From a virus (Duplodnaviria > Heunggongvirae > Uroviricota > Caudoviricetes), in the IMG/VR virus record IMGVR_UViG_3300021963_000025, positions 64,001 to 128,000 of that record: DNA of 64,000 nt; one strand, given 5' to 3'. Each line of letters starts with the position of its first letter. Position 1 is the first letter of the stretch. Shown piece by piece: positions 44,046 to 52,843 of this stretch. Below the pieces are notes generated by a model, which did no database searches, was not told the origin of the DNA, and was given only the letters and a program-made list of their open reading frames with translations. The translations under genes and the position numbers were made by a program.

Positions 44046-44306
44046 ATGAGTTACACAAATTTTGACAGACACGAATTTATGGCCGCTGAAACTAGAAGCG
44101 AAATCATGGAAATCATTAGAGAACTTAGAGATAACAACAGCTCTAGAAACTTAGAAAACATGATGTACGGTTTATTTGATGGATATTTGTATGATAACAT
44201 TCAAATTGAAGCCCTTCAATTACCTACCGAATTAGCATCAAAAGTTATGCGAATCTTTGATATCTGTAACCGTTACCCTAAATACGAACCTCAAACAAAT
44301 TACTAA
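44046..44306 (+). CDS. Hypothetical early protein
   Basis: ORF after an early promoter. Confidence 0.65.
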   Translation: MSYTNFDRHEFMAAETRSEIMEIIRELRDNNSSRNLENMMYGLFDGYLYDNIQIEALQLPTELASKVMRIFDICNRYPKYEPQTNY

Positions 44307-44307
44307 T

Positions 44308-44838
44308 ATGGAAACTTTCAAAAAAATAGAAGTAGTAAAAGAATTAGTTGTAAAATATCTTAAAGAAAATGGTGCGCATGCTGGATTATCCGAAGCGGAT
44401 TGTCAAAATGACCATATTGTTCAAATCGGAACTTCAATCTTATGTACTAGATGGGAAATTGGTTATGCCGGCGGCGGATTTGTTCAAGCTGTTGTAGATA
44501 ATGATTTACAAGGTGCAATTGCTCGAGCAGATGGTACTAACATTCGGGCTCTTAAATTCTATTGTCAATTGATGTATAACGTTGGCATGCCCTATTTTGA
44601 TGAAGATACTTTAGACCCGATGGAGCAATTTATTAAAGATATCGCAAATGATTATCAATTCGACAAGTCTCATTCTGAATACTGCGGATTCTTAAACATT
44701 AATCCATCTGAGCATATCATGGGTACATCTTTTGTAAACCAATTTAAAACACAACAAGTTACTGCACTATTACGTAAATACGGAATCTGGTATGAATCAG
44801 TACCTAACTTAGAGGAAGTGGTATTTATAGAACTATAA
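44308..44838 (+). CDS. Hypothetical protein (start corrected to ATG 44308)
   Basis: ATG 1 nt after the previous stop. Confidence 0.6.
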   Translation: METFKKIEVVKELVVKYLKENGAHAGLSEADCQNDHIVQIGTSILCTRWEIGYAGGGFVQAVVDNDLQGAIARADGTNIRALKFYCQLMYNVGMPYFDEDTLDPMEQFIKDIANDYQFDKSHSEYCGFLNINPSEHIMGTSFVNQFKTQQVTALLRKYGIWYESVPNLEEVVFIEL

Positions 44839-44867
44839 ACTTTTAAAATTAACTTAATATAATATAC

Positions 44868-45785
44868 ATGGGAGCTAACTACGGATATTGTTGCATAAAT
44901 TTAACTCTAGATAAGAGTGGTATTAAAATCGGACGTTCAATGATTAAAAAAACTTTTGATGCAAAAGGTATCAAGTACGCTGGTGAACTTGCCGAAGCAA
45001 ATATCCGAGACATGATAGAAATCATTAAATGGAACCACAAAAATGGTGTCAAAGTGTACCGTATGTCTTCAAGTATGTTTCCATGGATGTCAGAGTACGA
45101 ACTTACTGATTTGCCAAATTGGTCAACAATCCAAAATTTACTAAAAGGTGCCGGTTCTCTAGTACAAAAATACGAGCAACGTGTTGGTTTTCATCCTGGT
45201 CAGTTTTGCGTACTTCCAAGTCCAAGTCAAAAAACAGTCAATGCTTCTATCAAAGAACTTGACCAGCACGCATTTATCATGGATACGATGGGCCTTCCGG
45301 CAAATCATTACTATTCTATGAATATCCATGTTGGTGGTTCTTACGGCGACAAAGAAGCTGCAATACTTCGATTCATCGAAAACTTCAAATTGTTATCACC
45401 TTCTGCTCAGTCTCGTTTGATTCTAGAAAATGATGACAAGCCAGCACAGTACTCTGTTAATGACCTTTACCGAATCTATCAATCAATAGGAACACCAATT
45501 ACATTTGATTACCATCATCATAGATGTTACGAAGACCCGATGCCAGAAGAAGATGCACTCCGTTTGGCAGCATCTACCTGGCCTAAAGGAATTCGTCAGT
45601 TGTGTCACTATTCAAGCGCCAAAAAATTACACGAGGATGCTTCTGTTATTATCAGGGCCCATGCTGATTACTTATACGAATCAATCAATACTTATGGTAT
45701 GGAAATAGATATCGAAATCGAGGCCAAAGCAAAAGAATTGGCCCTACAAAAATACCAAAAAGAATATATACTCTGTGAAAAATAA
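44868..45785 (+). CDS. uvsE: UV damage endonuclease
   Basis: GYCCIN, YRMSS, GFHPGQF, LENDD, FDYHHH. Confidence 0.93.
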   Translation: MGANYGYCCINLTLDKSGIKIGRSMIKKTFDAKGIKYAGELAEANIRDMIEIIKWNHKNGVKVYRMSSSMFPWMSEYELTDLPNWSTIQNLLKGAGSLVQKYEQRVGFHPGQFCVLPSPSQKTVNASIKELDQHAFIMDTMGLPANHYYSMNIHVGGSYGDKEAAILRFIENFKLLSPSAQSRLILENDDKPAQYSVNDLYRIYQSIGTPITFDYHHHRCYEDPMPEEDALRLAASTWPKGIRQLCHYSSAKKLHEDASVIIRAHADYLYESINTYGMEIDIEIEAKAKELALQKYQKEYILCEK

Positions 45786-46092
45786 AAAGATTGAGTTAGA
45801 AAATCTTAAAAAAGAAGCTAACTTATTTTTAGAGGCTCTTAAAAAGGAAGGCATTGAAACAAAATCAATGTCTAAACTTGTAACTACATGCTTGATAGAG
45901 CGTAGAAAATTAACAGACGAAGAGGGAAAGAAGTTTGCAAAGCAATTAAAGAATCTTGTTAAAACGCTCGGACTGACAACCATAATCCTAATGCCAGGAG
46001 GTTCTATAATTTTTATATTGATACACTATTTAAAACTTCGGGACTACTTCCTATCGGACAGTTTCAGTTATTTAAAAAATAAAGATATATAA
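45775..46092 (+). CDS. Hypothetical protein, LETM1-like hydrophobic motif
   Basis: QLKNLVKTLGL..IILMPGG. Confidence 0.45.
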   Translation: MKNKKIELENLKKEANLFLEALKKEGIETKSMSKLVTTCLIERRKLTDEEGKKFAKQLKNLVKTLGLTTIILMPGGSIIFILIHYLKLRDYFLSDSFSYLKNKDI

Positions 46093-46119
46093 AATCTAAA
46101 CAAAAATACAAATAAAACT

Positions 46120-46602
46120 ATGGCAAGTATTAAAAAATTCGAGGAATTTGTTTCAGAAATGGACAGAGCCGAGGAAATAGAACAAGAAGTTGTTGACAAA
46201 GGAACTCCTGAAGTAAAATCTGAAGAGGAAACTGAAGAGGAAGCAGAAGAAGTTCAAGGAGTAGATGAGGCTGGAGAAGCAATCATCGGAGATGACGCTG
46301 AAAAAATTAAAGAGGAAACTAAACCAGTTGCCGACATGTTAAAAGCATGTTACGAAGCGGTTATTAAAGAGGCTAAAACTTGGGAAGAAGATGCGCATGA
46401 CGAACATACCGTAGAAACTTATATGGCTGAAAACGCATCACTTGTTGCTGGTATGGCAGCTAATTGTGTTAAAGAGATGAAAGAAGATATGGCATCTGAA
46501 GCATACGAAGCATGTTTAAATAAAATGAGCGAGGCTTTCACTAAGAAAATTAATGAAAGCAAAGAAGCTACTGTCGCTACTGACGCAGAAGATATTAAGT
46601 AA
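46120..46602 (+). CDS. Acidic leader-bearing protein (putative prohead core/internal protein)
   Basis: MASIKKFEEFVSE leader; Glu-rich; KKINE-S near the C-terminus; GATATATA at 46084. Confidence 0.65.
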   Translation: MASIKKFEEFVSEMDRAEEIEQEVVDKGTPEVKSEEETEEEAEEVQGVDEAGEAIIGDDAEKIKEETKPVADMLKACYEAVIKEAKTWEEDAHDEHTVETYMAENASLVAGMAANCVKEMKEDMASEAYEACLNKMSEAFTKKINESKEATVATDAEDIK

Positions 46603-46630
46603 TAAATCCGGTTCTACCGGTAAACTAAAT

Positions 46631-46667
46631 AAAAAGTCTATATATAATAAACATATATAGACTTTTT
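46631..46667. promoter_or_regulatory. 15-bp inverted repeat upstream of the homing endonuclease gene
   Basis: aaaaagtctatatat / atatatagacttttt with a 7-nt loop and T-tract. Confidence 0.7.
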
Positions 46668-46716
46668 TTATGCCAAAAATAAAACCAAAAATTCTAATTA
46701 AATTAGAATATATAAT

Positions 46717-47511
46717 ATGAAATATCATTATGTTTATATAATAACCAATTTAAAAAATTCAATGAAATATATTGGATGTAGAACCTCATCAATTTTGCCG
46801 GAATTAGATTTAGGACATAAATATTTTTCAAGTAGTAGTAATGTTGAATTTGTAAAAGAACAAAAAGAGAATCCTAGCCAATTTTTGTATGAAATATTAT
46901 CGATTCATGCCTCTAGAGAAGATGCACTTTCCATGGAAGTTAAACTCCATAAAGAATCAAATGTAGGAAAAAATGACATGTTTTATAATAAATCAAATCA
47001 AACATCAAATGGATTTGACTTCGATATTACAGGAAATAAAGATATAGCTAAAAAAATATCTGAATCAATGAAAGGAAAACCTGCGCATAATAAAGGTTTA
47101 AAACAATCTGAAGAGACTAAAAATAAAAGATCTGAATCTCTTAAGGGTAGAAAATCTCCTATGAATGGCAGAACTCATAGCGAAGATACTAAATTAAAAA
47201 TGTCAGAATCGAGAAAAGGTAAATTACATAATGAAGAAACAAAAAGAAAAATGTCTGCTTCTCATAAATTAGTATTAAGAAAACCGTGTAGTGAAGAAAC
47301 TAAAAGAAAATTGTCAGAATCTCATAAAGGACTTCCGGGAACAATGTTAGGAAAATCACATAAAGAAGAAACTAAAAAGAAGATGTCAATTGCAAAAATA
47401 GGTAAAAGATGGGATCAAAATAATATTGAATGTCCACATTGTAATAAAATAGGAGGAGCTTCAAATATGAAAAGGTATCATTTTGATAATTGTAAACACT
47501 TAAATAAATAA
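46717..47511 (+). mobile_element. Free-standing GIY-YIG homing endonuclease with NUMOD3 repeats
   Basis: HYVYIITN..KYIG.R; repeated HSEETK.KMS..HKG. Confidence 0.88.
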
Positions 47512-47513
47512 TA

Positions 47514-48029
47514 ATGCCTCGAATAGACATAGAAAAAATATACATGCAAGTAGCATATCAATTTGCAAAACTTAGTTACGCCGAACGCCGAAAGGTAGGT
47601 TGTGTTATTGTTAAAGACAAACAAGTAATTTCGTTTGGATATAATGGTACACCGCATGGTTTCGAAAATGAATGCGAGAGTATCGAAACAACTGGATGGG
47701 ATTTTCCAGAGCATGCAGAACTTTTAGAGGAAAATGGATGGACACTTTCAACCGATAATTTATGTTGCGCACATCGAAGTGTTACTAAAAGAGAAGTACT
47801 TCATGCAGAATCTAATGCAATTATGAAGGTCGCAAAATCGACTATGAGCTGCGAAGGTGCCGATTTATATACTACAACATGCCCTTGTTTTGATTGCGCA
47901 AAATTAATCATACAAGCCGGAATAAAAAAGGTATACTACACGGAAGATTATAGAGACATGAGTGGAGTTGAACTACTTGAAAGGGCAGGGATTGAAGTTG
48001 AACAAGTAATAGTTTGGAATGAGTATTAA
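47514..48029 (+). CDS. cd: dCMP deaminase
   Basis: KVG.VIV..GYNG.P, HAESNAI, PCFDCAKLIIQAGI. Confidence 0.95.
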   Translation: MPRIDIEKIYMQVAYQFAKLSYAERRKVGCVIVKDKQVISFGYNGTPHGFENECESIETTGWDFPEHAELLEENGWTLSTDNLCCAHRSVTKREVLHAESNAIMKVAKSTMSCEGADLYTTTCPCFDCAKLIIQAGIKKVYYTEDYRDMSGVELLERAGIEVEQVIVWNEY

Positions 48030-48219
48030 TAAAGTGTTTGTCCCGGAGAGAAAGTCACTTAAAGAATTTCTTAAACAAAATGGCAGCGAATTATTCTATT
48101 CAAGATACGCTAAAAACGTGGATGCCTTAATTGGTAGTTCAAAGTCGATAGACTACATCGATAAATTTATAAATAAATACAGAAATGAGAATGATTCAGT
48201 CTTTTTTAAAATGGACTAG
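48019..48219 (+). CDS. Hypothetical protein
   Basis: 66-aa coupled ORF. Confidence 0.5.
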   Translation: MSINKVFVPERKSLKEFLKQNGSELFYSRYAKNVDALIGSSKSIDYIDKFINKYRNENDSVFFKMD

Positions 48220-48265
48220 GAAACATTTTTTTAAAAAACAATATAATTATAAAAATACATTAAAA

Positions 48266-48787
48266 ATGGAACTAGTGAAAGATAATGTAAAACAATACCA
48301 ATGGAAAGCTGGAGATAACTTCGGTAAAATAGTTGAAGTTGAATCAGTCGACTCGGAATTTACAAACTTTACTGATGGTAGTAAAATATACAATGAAGTT
48401 TTACCAGAATTTCTAGAACAAATCATAGATGGTGTTATTCCATTTCCGGGAGCTGATCAATTATCTGGAATATCACAAGGGCTTAATGTAACAAAGAATG
48501 CTCCTGTAAATACTCCAATAACCCCTGCTCAACCTAAAGAATCTCCATTAGAACAATTAATAAACAAACTATCTAAAAAGAATGTTGAACCTTTTGAAGC
48601 CAAAATTAATCTAAACATACCAAATAAGAAAGTATTTGATATGCTAATAGAAAATGCCGATGAAGACAGAGAAGAATTAATTAAGACTATTGCAAAAGTT
48701 GCAGTGTCTCAAATCGAGATAGATAAACTACAAGAATATTTAACTGAAGAAGTATCAATTTTTATAAACAATTACTATAATGGCTAA
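48266..48787 (+). CDS. Hypothetical protein (start corrected to ATG 48266)
   Basis: A-rich leader before ATG 48266. Confidence 0.6.
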   Translation: MELVKDNVKQYQWKAGDNFGKIVEVESVDSEFTNFTDGSKIYNEVLPEFLEQIIDGVIPFPGADQLSGISQGLNVTKNAPVNTPITPAQPKESPLEQLINKLSKKNVEPFEAKINLNIPNKKVFDMLIENADEDREELIKTIAKVAVSQIEIDKLQEYLTEEVSIFINNYYNG

Positions 48788-49172
48788 AACAGCAACAGTC
48801 TCTAGAAGACAAAGAAGAGCTCAATTGAGCGCAATGGGTTATTTGAAAATCAAAAACCAATTAAGTCCATTTTCTACCGAAGGTATTGAACTAAGAAATA
48901 GTTTAAGAGCAAACTCTAAGGCGGCAAAAGAAGCATTTGAAAAAAGAATCATGGACCAAATCGAAGAACAATTAGCTCAAAAGGCTGAAGGTTTAAAAAG
49001 TACCTGGAAGGAAATTGGGTATAATGATGCAGAAATCGAAATGCTAAGCGAGGCTTTCTTTACGCTATCTGTTAAAAATAAACAAACCCTTAAAGAGGAC
49101 AAAAAAGCGGCTAGAAAATTAATGAAAGACGCAAAGGATTCACTAATAGGGAGATTAAATGCAAACAGTTAA
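48780..49172 (+). CDS. Hypothetical basic helical protein
   Basis: Coupled ORF. Confidence 0.6.
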   Translation: MAKTATVSRRQRRAQLSAMGYLKIKNQLSPFSTEGIELRNSLRANSKAAKEAFEKRIMDQIEEQLAQKAEGLKSTWKEIGYNDAEIEMLSEAFFTLSVKNKQTLKEDKKAARKLMKDAKDSLIGRLNANS

Positions 49173-49494
49173 GATAACACTAGCAGACAACGGTGTTATT
49201 AAAACGGTAGTAGATGATAATATTAATGCTGGAGGGGAAAGTTATGAATCAACAGTAGTATATGATTTCACTGACCAAATTTCCAAAATTAAATTCATTG
49301 AAGATTTATGCATCGACATAGGTCTTTCTTTTGGTAATTCCAAAAGTAAAAACCAAATCAAAATTATCGAAACATGGGGAAATGATTATATTCCAAATGA
49401 CAAAGATAAAAATGAAAAAATAGAAGCTTTAAAGTCCGATCTTAAAAGATTATCGGGCGGCAAGTTAACAATTAATGAACAACCTACAAATTGA
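49159..49494 (+). CDS. Hypothetical protein
   Basis: Coupled ORF. Confidence 0.6.
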   Translation: MQTVKITLADNGVIKTVVDDNINAGGESYESTVVYDFTDQISKIKFIEDLCIDIGLSFGNSKSKNQIKIIETWGNDYIPNDKDKNEKIEALKSDLKRLSGGKLTINEQPTN

Positions 49495-49882
49495 TTGCAT
49501 TTGGTGTCCATCACGCAGAGATTTTAATAGGTTTATAAAAGGTACAATAAAAGAGTCGACTAAAATAATCGACTTTTTTAGTATCAAAAATAAACTAGTG
49601 AAAGCTGACCCGTACTGTGGAGACCCTAATGACTCAATAATTGGTTTGACTATAATAAACGAGATTACGCGATGCTTACGATCCGATACAAAGGACGTAG
49701 ATCGCGTAATTTACGTATTTAGGAGCCTCGATTCTGATATTGTAGGTAACTTTAAAAAATTAATTCAATCAAATACTGAAAGAGAATTCTCTATCTCTTT
49801 AATCGTTATCGATAAAAATAAAAAGATTGATGATACAATACTATCTCAATTCGACAGTATCAAATTAATCCAAAATGATTAG
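49475..49882 (+). CDS. Hypothetical protein
   Basis: Coupled ORF. Confidence 0.6.
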   Translation: MNNLQIDCIWCPSRRDFNRFIKGTIKESTKIIDFFSIKNKLVKADPYCGDPNDSIIGLTIINEITRCLRSDTKDVDRVIYVFRSLDSDIVGNFKKLIQSNTEREFSISLIVIDKNKKIDDTILSQFDSIKLIQND

Positions 49883-50462
49883 ACATAAACTTTTTTCAAA
49901 GGGTGAATATATCAATGTTCTAATAACTAATAATAGATATAGCAATATTGTTTTCCCTGTTAAAGCAATTATCCACGATATTGAGTTTAACGATAAAATG
50001 CCGAGATACCAGATCAGAATCGTTAAATTCTATGACGACATAGACTTTCTTAAAAGATACATGTTTGATATGAAATTTGACCGAAATTTCGAGGGTGGAC
50101 ATACAATCTTTAGAATTTCTAGAGCAAATGTACCGAGTGTAAAAGAACTTCAGAACTATATTGATTCAAAATGGGAAACTTTCCTAATGGTTGTAGACTC
50201 GGTAATGTGTGTTAGAACCTATGATGAACTTAATGAGTTACAGAATAACATCCAAGACTTCCTGGTTGAAAAGTCTATTAGAGACCTTTATGAACTTACT
50301 ACTCGATCGACGTATTCAAAGGGTAAGTATTACTATGAAAGTCGAGGAGTATTTGAAGCGCATATTAAAAAATTCTTGGACAAACGAGCCGGAACTCAAA
50401 AAGATTATTTTGATAAATTACTATATAGACCGCTCTCTGTCGACTACGATAATTTAGAATAG
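49875..50462 (+). CDS. Hypothetical protein
   Basis: Coupled 195-aa ORF. Confidence 0.6.
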   Translation: MIRHKLFSKGEYINVLITNNRYSNIVFPVKAIIHDIEFNDKMPRYQIRIVKFYDDIDFLKRYMFDMKFDRNFEGGHTIFRISRANVPSVKELQNYIDSKWETFLMVVDSVMCVRTYDELNELQNNIQDFLVEKSIRDLYELTTRSTYSKGKYYYESRGVFEAHIKKFLDKRAGTQKDYFDKLLYRPLSVDYDNLE

Positions 50463-50505
50463 CCTGTTTCTGTGATATATACTTAAACAAATATATTTAA
50501 TAGGA

Positions 50506-52350
50506 ATGGCTGAAGAAAAGGGCTTTTTTGATAAAGTAAAAGAAAAGGCTGGATCGGCGTTTAAAACTACTAAAGATTCTTCAATAGGAAAAGGGTTTAT
50601 TAGCGCTGTTAAAAATGTATCTGGATTAGACCTTGAAAATTTAGATGGTTCTAATCCTGATGGTGTACATTCTGGCTCAAAAGGTAAAGGAAAACCTGTT
50701 GCAAAAAGTAAACAAAGTACAGATTTAACTCAATTAAGAGCAGCCTCGCAAGATGCTCCTTTTGGTATACTTAATTCAAAAACAGGTTCTAAATATTATA
50801 GTGACATTGTTGATTCTGAAGTATACAAATCAACTCAACCAGGAACTGAAGGTAAAAAGATAACAGTTGGTCCAAGACCATATTCTGCTTTTAATAAATA
50901 TTCTCTAATTAATTATAGAGGAAATCCGTTAGATTCTACTAAAGATGGATTTATATCTAACTCTGGTGGAACTACCGTTTATCAAAAAATAAATATCAAT
51001 GACCTTCAAAATCCAACAGTAACTCAGATCATTGAAAGAACCTCAGCACTTACTGATAATTACGCATATAGATACCAATACTCAGATTTTGCATTGGCTA
51101 AATACTATGGAAAATTACCGAACAATATGCTTATTACTCTTCGTAGATTTGCGTATCCTGCCGCTGATGACATCGTAACACCACAAGCACTTTCTGCCGA
51201 TGGGAAGACCATGGAAAAAATCCAGCAACCAGATATTGCGCGTGCAGTAACTTGGCTTGGTGAGGCTCCTGGTAATAACATGGCAGACATCCTAAAATTT
51301 TCAAATGGTTTCAATTGGAAAGATGCTGAAGCTGCAGTACAGACATTAAATTCTAAACAAGGAGCTTCATCCGGAAAATTTGGTAGTATTGTTGAAGGAA
51401 ACAAAGTGCTTTCTGCAATGGCAAATGCCGGAGCTGGTAGAGATGCGGTTGCTGCAAATGCTAATAAACAAAATGCAGACTACGATTCATTCACTAACAC
51501 ATATCCAAATCACACATTCGGTCCATTAAATGTTATTAAAAATGTTCTTGTTAGAGAGCAAGGTCTTAAATTCGAACAGGAATTTAAACTTAAGTTTGAA
51601 TATGAATTAAGAGCTTTTGAAGGAGCCAATCCTAAAATTATGATGCTCGATCAACTTGCAAATATTTTAGCATTAACATATAACAATGCTCCTTTCTGGG
51701 GAGGTTCTGTTAGATATATTGGAGATGGGGCAGTTGCAAAACCTCTAGGTAATTTAAGTAAACTTCGAGAAGGAGATTATCTTGGATTTGCTGGAAGTAT
51801 TGTAGATGATATGGGTAAAATGTTTAAAGGAGCTGGAGCTGGATTTAGTGGAGCAGCTGGTGCATTAATGAATGGTGATGTGGGAGGAGCATTAGGAGCC
51901 CTTAAAGATAATAAGTTCCTAAATAATCTTATTGGAGGAGCCGCGATGGATATGTTTAATACGCCTCAAGGTGGACAAGCGGTCGCTTCATTACTTACAG
52001 GAGATCCGACAGGACAATGGCATGTAACAATCGGAAATCCTCTTAATCCAATAATGGTAGTTGGTAATTTATGTATGCAAGATTGTAATATTACATTTGA
52101 AGGTGGAATGGGAATTCAAGATTTTCCAGAACATATGACTGTAGAAATTACATTAAAACCAGGTCGACCAAGAGATAAAGCAGAAATTGAATCAATGTTC
52201 AACTCAGGAAGAGGAAGATTTTATGTTCAACCCGATGATGTTGCAGATATTAACAAAACAGTTGATGTTAGTGCTTACGGTAATAAAGACCGAAAAGGCG
52301 GTGGTAAAGACGTCTTTGTAAACAATTTCAGAAAATTAAGTAACGGATAA
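50506..52350 (+). CDS. Putative baseplate/tail-tube junction protein (gp48/gp54-like)
   Basis: First gene of the baseplate block after GATATATA (50474); C-terminal WHVTIGNP..FP..MTVEITLKPGRPRD. Confidence 0.5.
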   Translation: MAEEKGFFDKVKEKAGSAFKTTKDSSIGKGFISAVKNVSGLDLENLDGSNPDGVHSGSKGKGKPVAKSKQSTDLTQLRAASQDAPFGILNSKTGSKYYSDIVDSEVYKSTQPGTEGKKITVGPRPYSAFNKYSLINYRGNPLDSTKDGFISNSGGTTVYQKININDLQNPTVTQIIERTSALTDNYAYRYQYSDFALAKYYGKLPNNMLITLRRFAYPAADDIVTPQALSADGKTMEKIQQPDIARAVTWLGEAPGNNMADILKFSNGFNWKDAEAAVQTLNSKQGASSGKFGSIVEGNKVLSAMANAGAGRDAVAANANKQNADYDSFTNTYPNHTFGPLNVIKNVLVREQGLKFEQEFKLKFEYELRAFEGANPKIMMLDQLANILALTYNNAPFWGGSVRYIGDGAVAKPLGNLSKLREGDYLGFAGSIVDDMGKMFKGAGAGFSGAAGALMNGDVGGALGALKDNKFLNNLIGGAAMDMFNTPQGGQAVASLLTGDPTGQWHVTIGNPLNPIMVVGNLCMQDCNITFEGGMGIQDFPEHMTVEITLKPGRPRDKAEIESMFNSGRGRFYVQPDDVADINKTVDVSAYGNKDRKGGGKDVFVNNFRKLSNG

Positions 52351-52841
52351 TGCAGTTCAATACATTAAATGGTAAAAAATTAATAGATGGTAAATATAAA
52401 TTTACCAAACCTACTCTTGTGTTTTTAGAAACAAATGAAGTAATTGCGGAGCATACTGTCACTGAAGACCAAGTCGGTAGAATTGATTTAATTTCACTAC
52501 TATATTATAGAAGTGCAAACTACTGCGATTATATACTAAAATGGAACGGTATTTCAAATCCATTCTCTTTAAAATTCGGGGATGTTATTGAAATTCCAAA
52601 TAATAGAGAGGCTCTTAAATCTGTTAAAGAATTTAAAGTCTTAAATTCAACAAACGAACCTTCAATTAGAGACCAATTCGTCGATACTAAAAGACTTCCA
52701 GTTAAAGACGCGAAGAGAATTGAATATCTACAAAGAAAGGCTGCTCAAAAACCAAATGGAGCAAAACAAATTTTGCCTCCAAATATCTTAAAAGAAGGAG
52801 ATACAAATATTAAAATCGGTAACGGTAAAATCATAATCTAA
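52350..52841 (+). CDS. LysM-like baseplate wedge protein (gp53-like)
   Basis: GRIDLISLLYY....DYILKWNGISNPF.L..GD.I.IP. Confidence 0.75.
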   Translation: MQFNTLNGKKLIDGKYKFTKPTLVFLETNEVIAEHTVTEDQVGRIDLISLLYYRSANYCDYILKWNGISNPFSLKFGDVIEIPNNREALKSVKEFKVLNSTNEPSIRDQFVDTKRLPVKDAKRIEYLQRKAAQKPNGAKQILPPNILKEGDTNIKIGNGKIII

Positions 52842-52843
52842 GA

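Noticed and set aside
46717-47511. Intron-encoded endonuclease splitting a gene
   Set aside because: Both flanking ORFs are complete and no group I core was seen, so it is treated as free-standing
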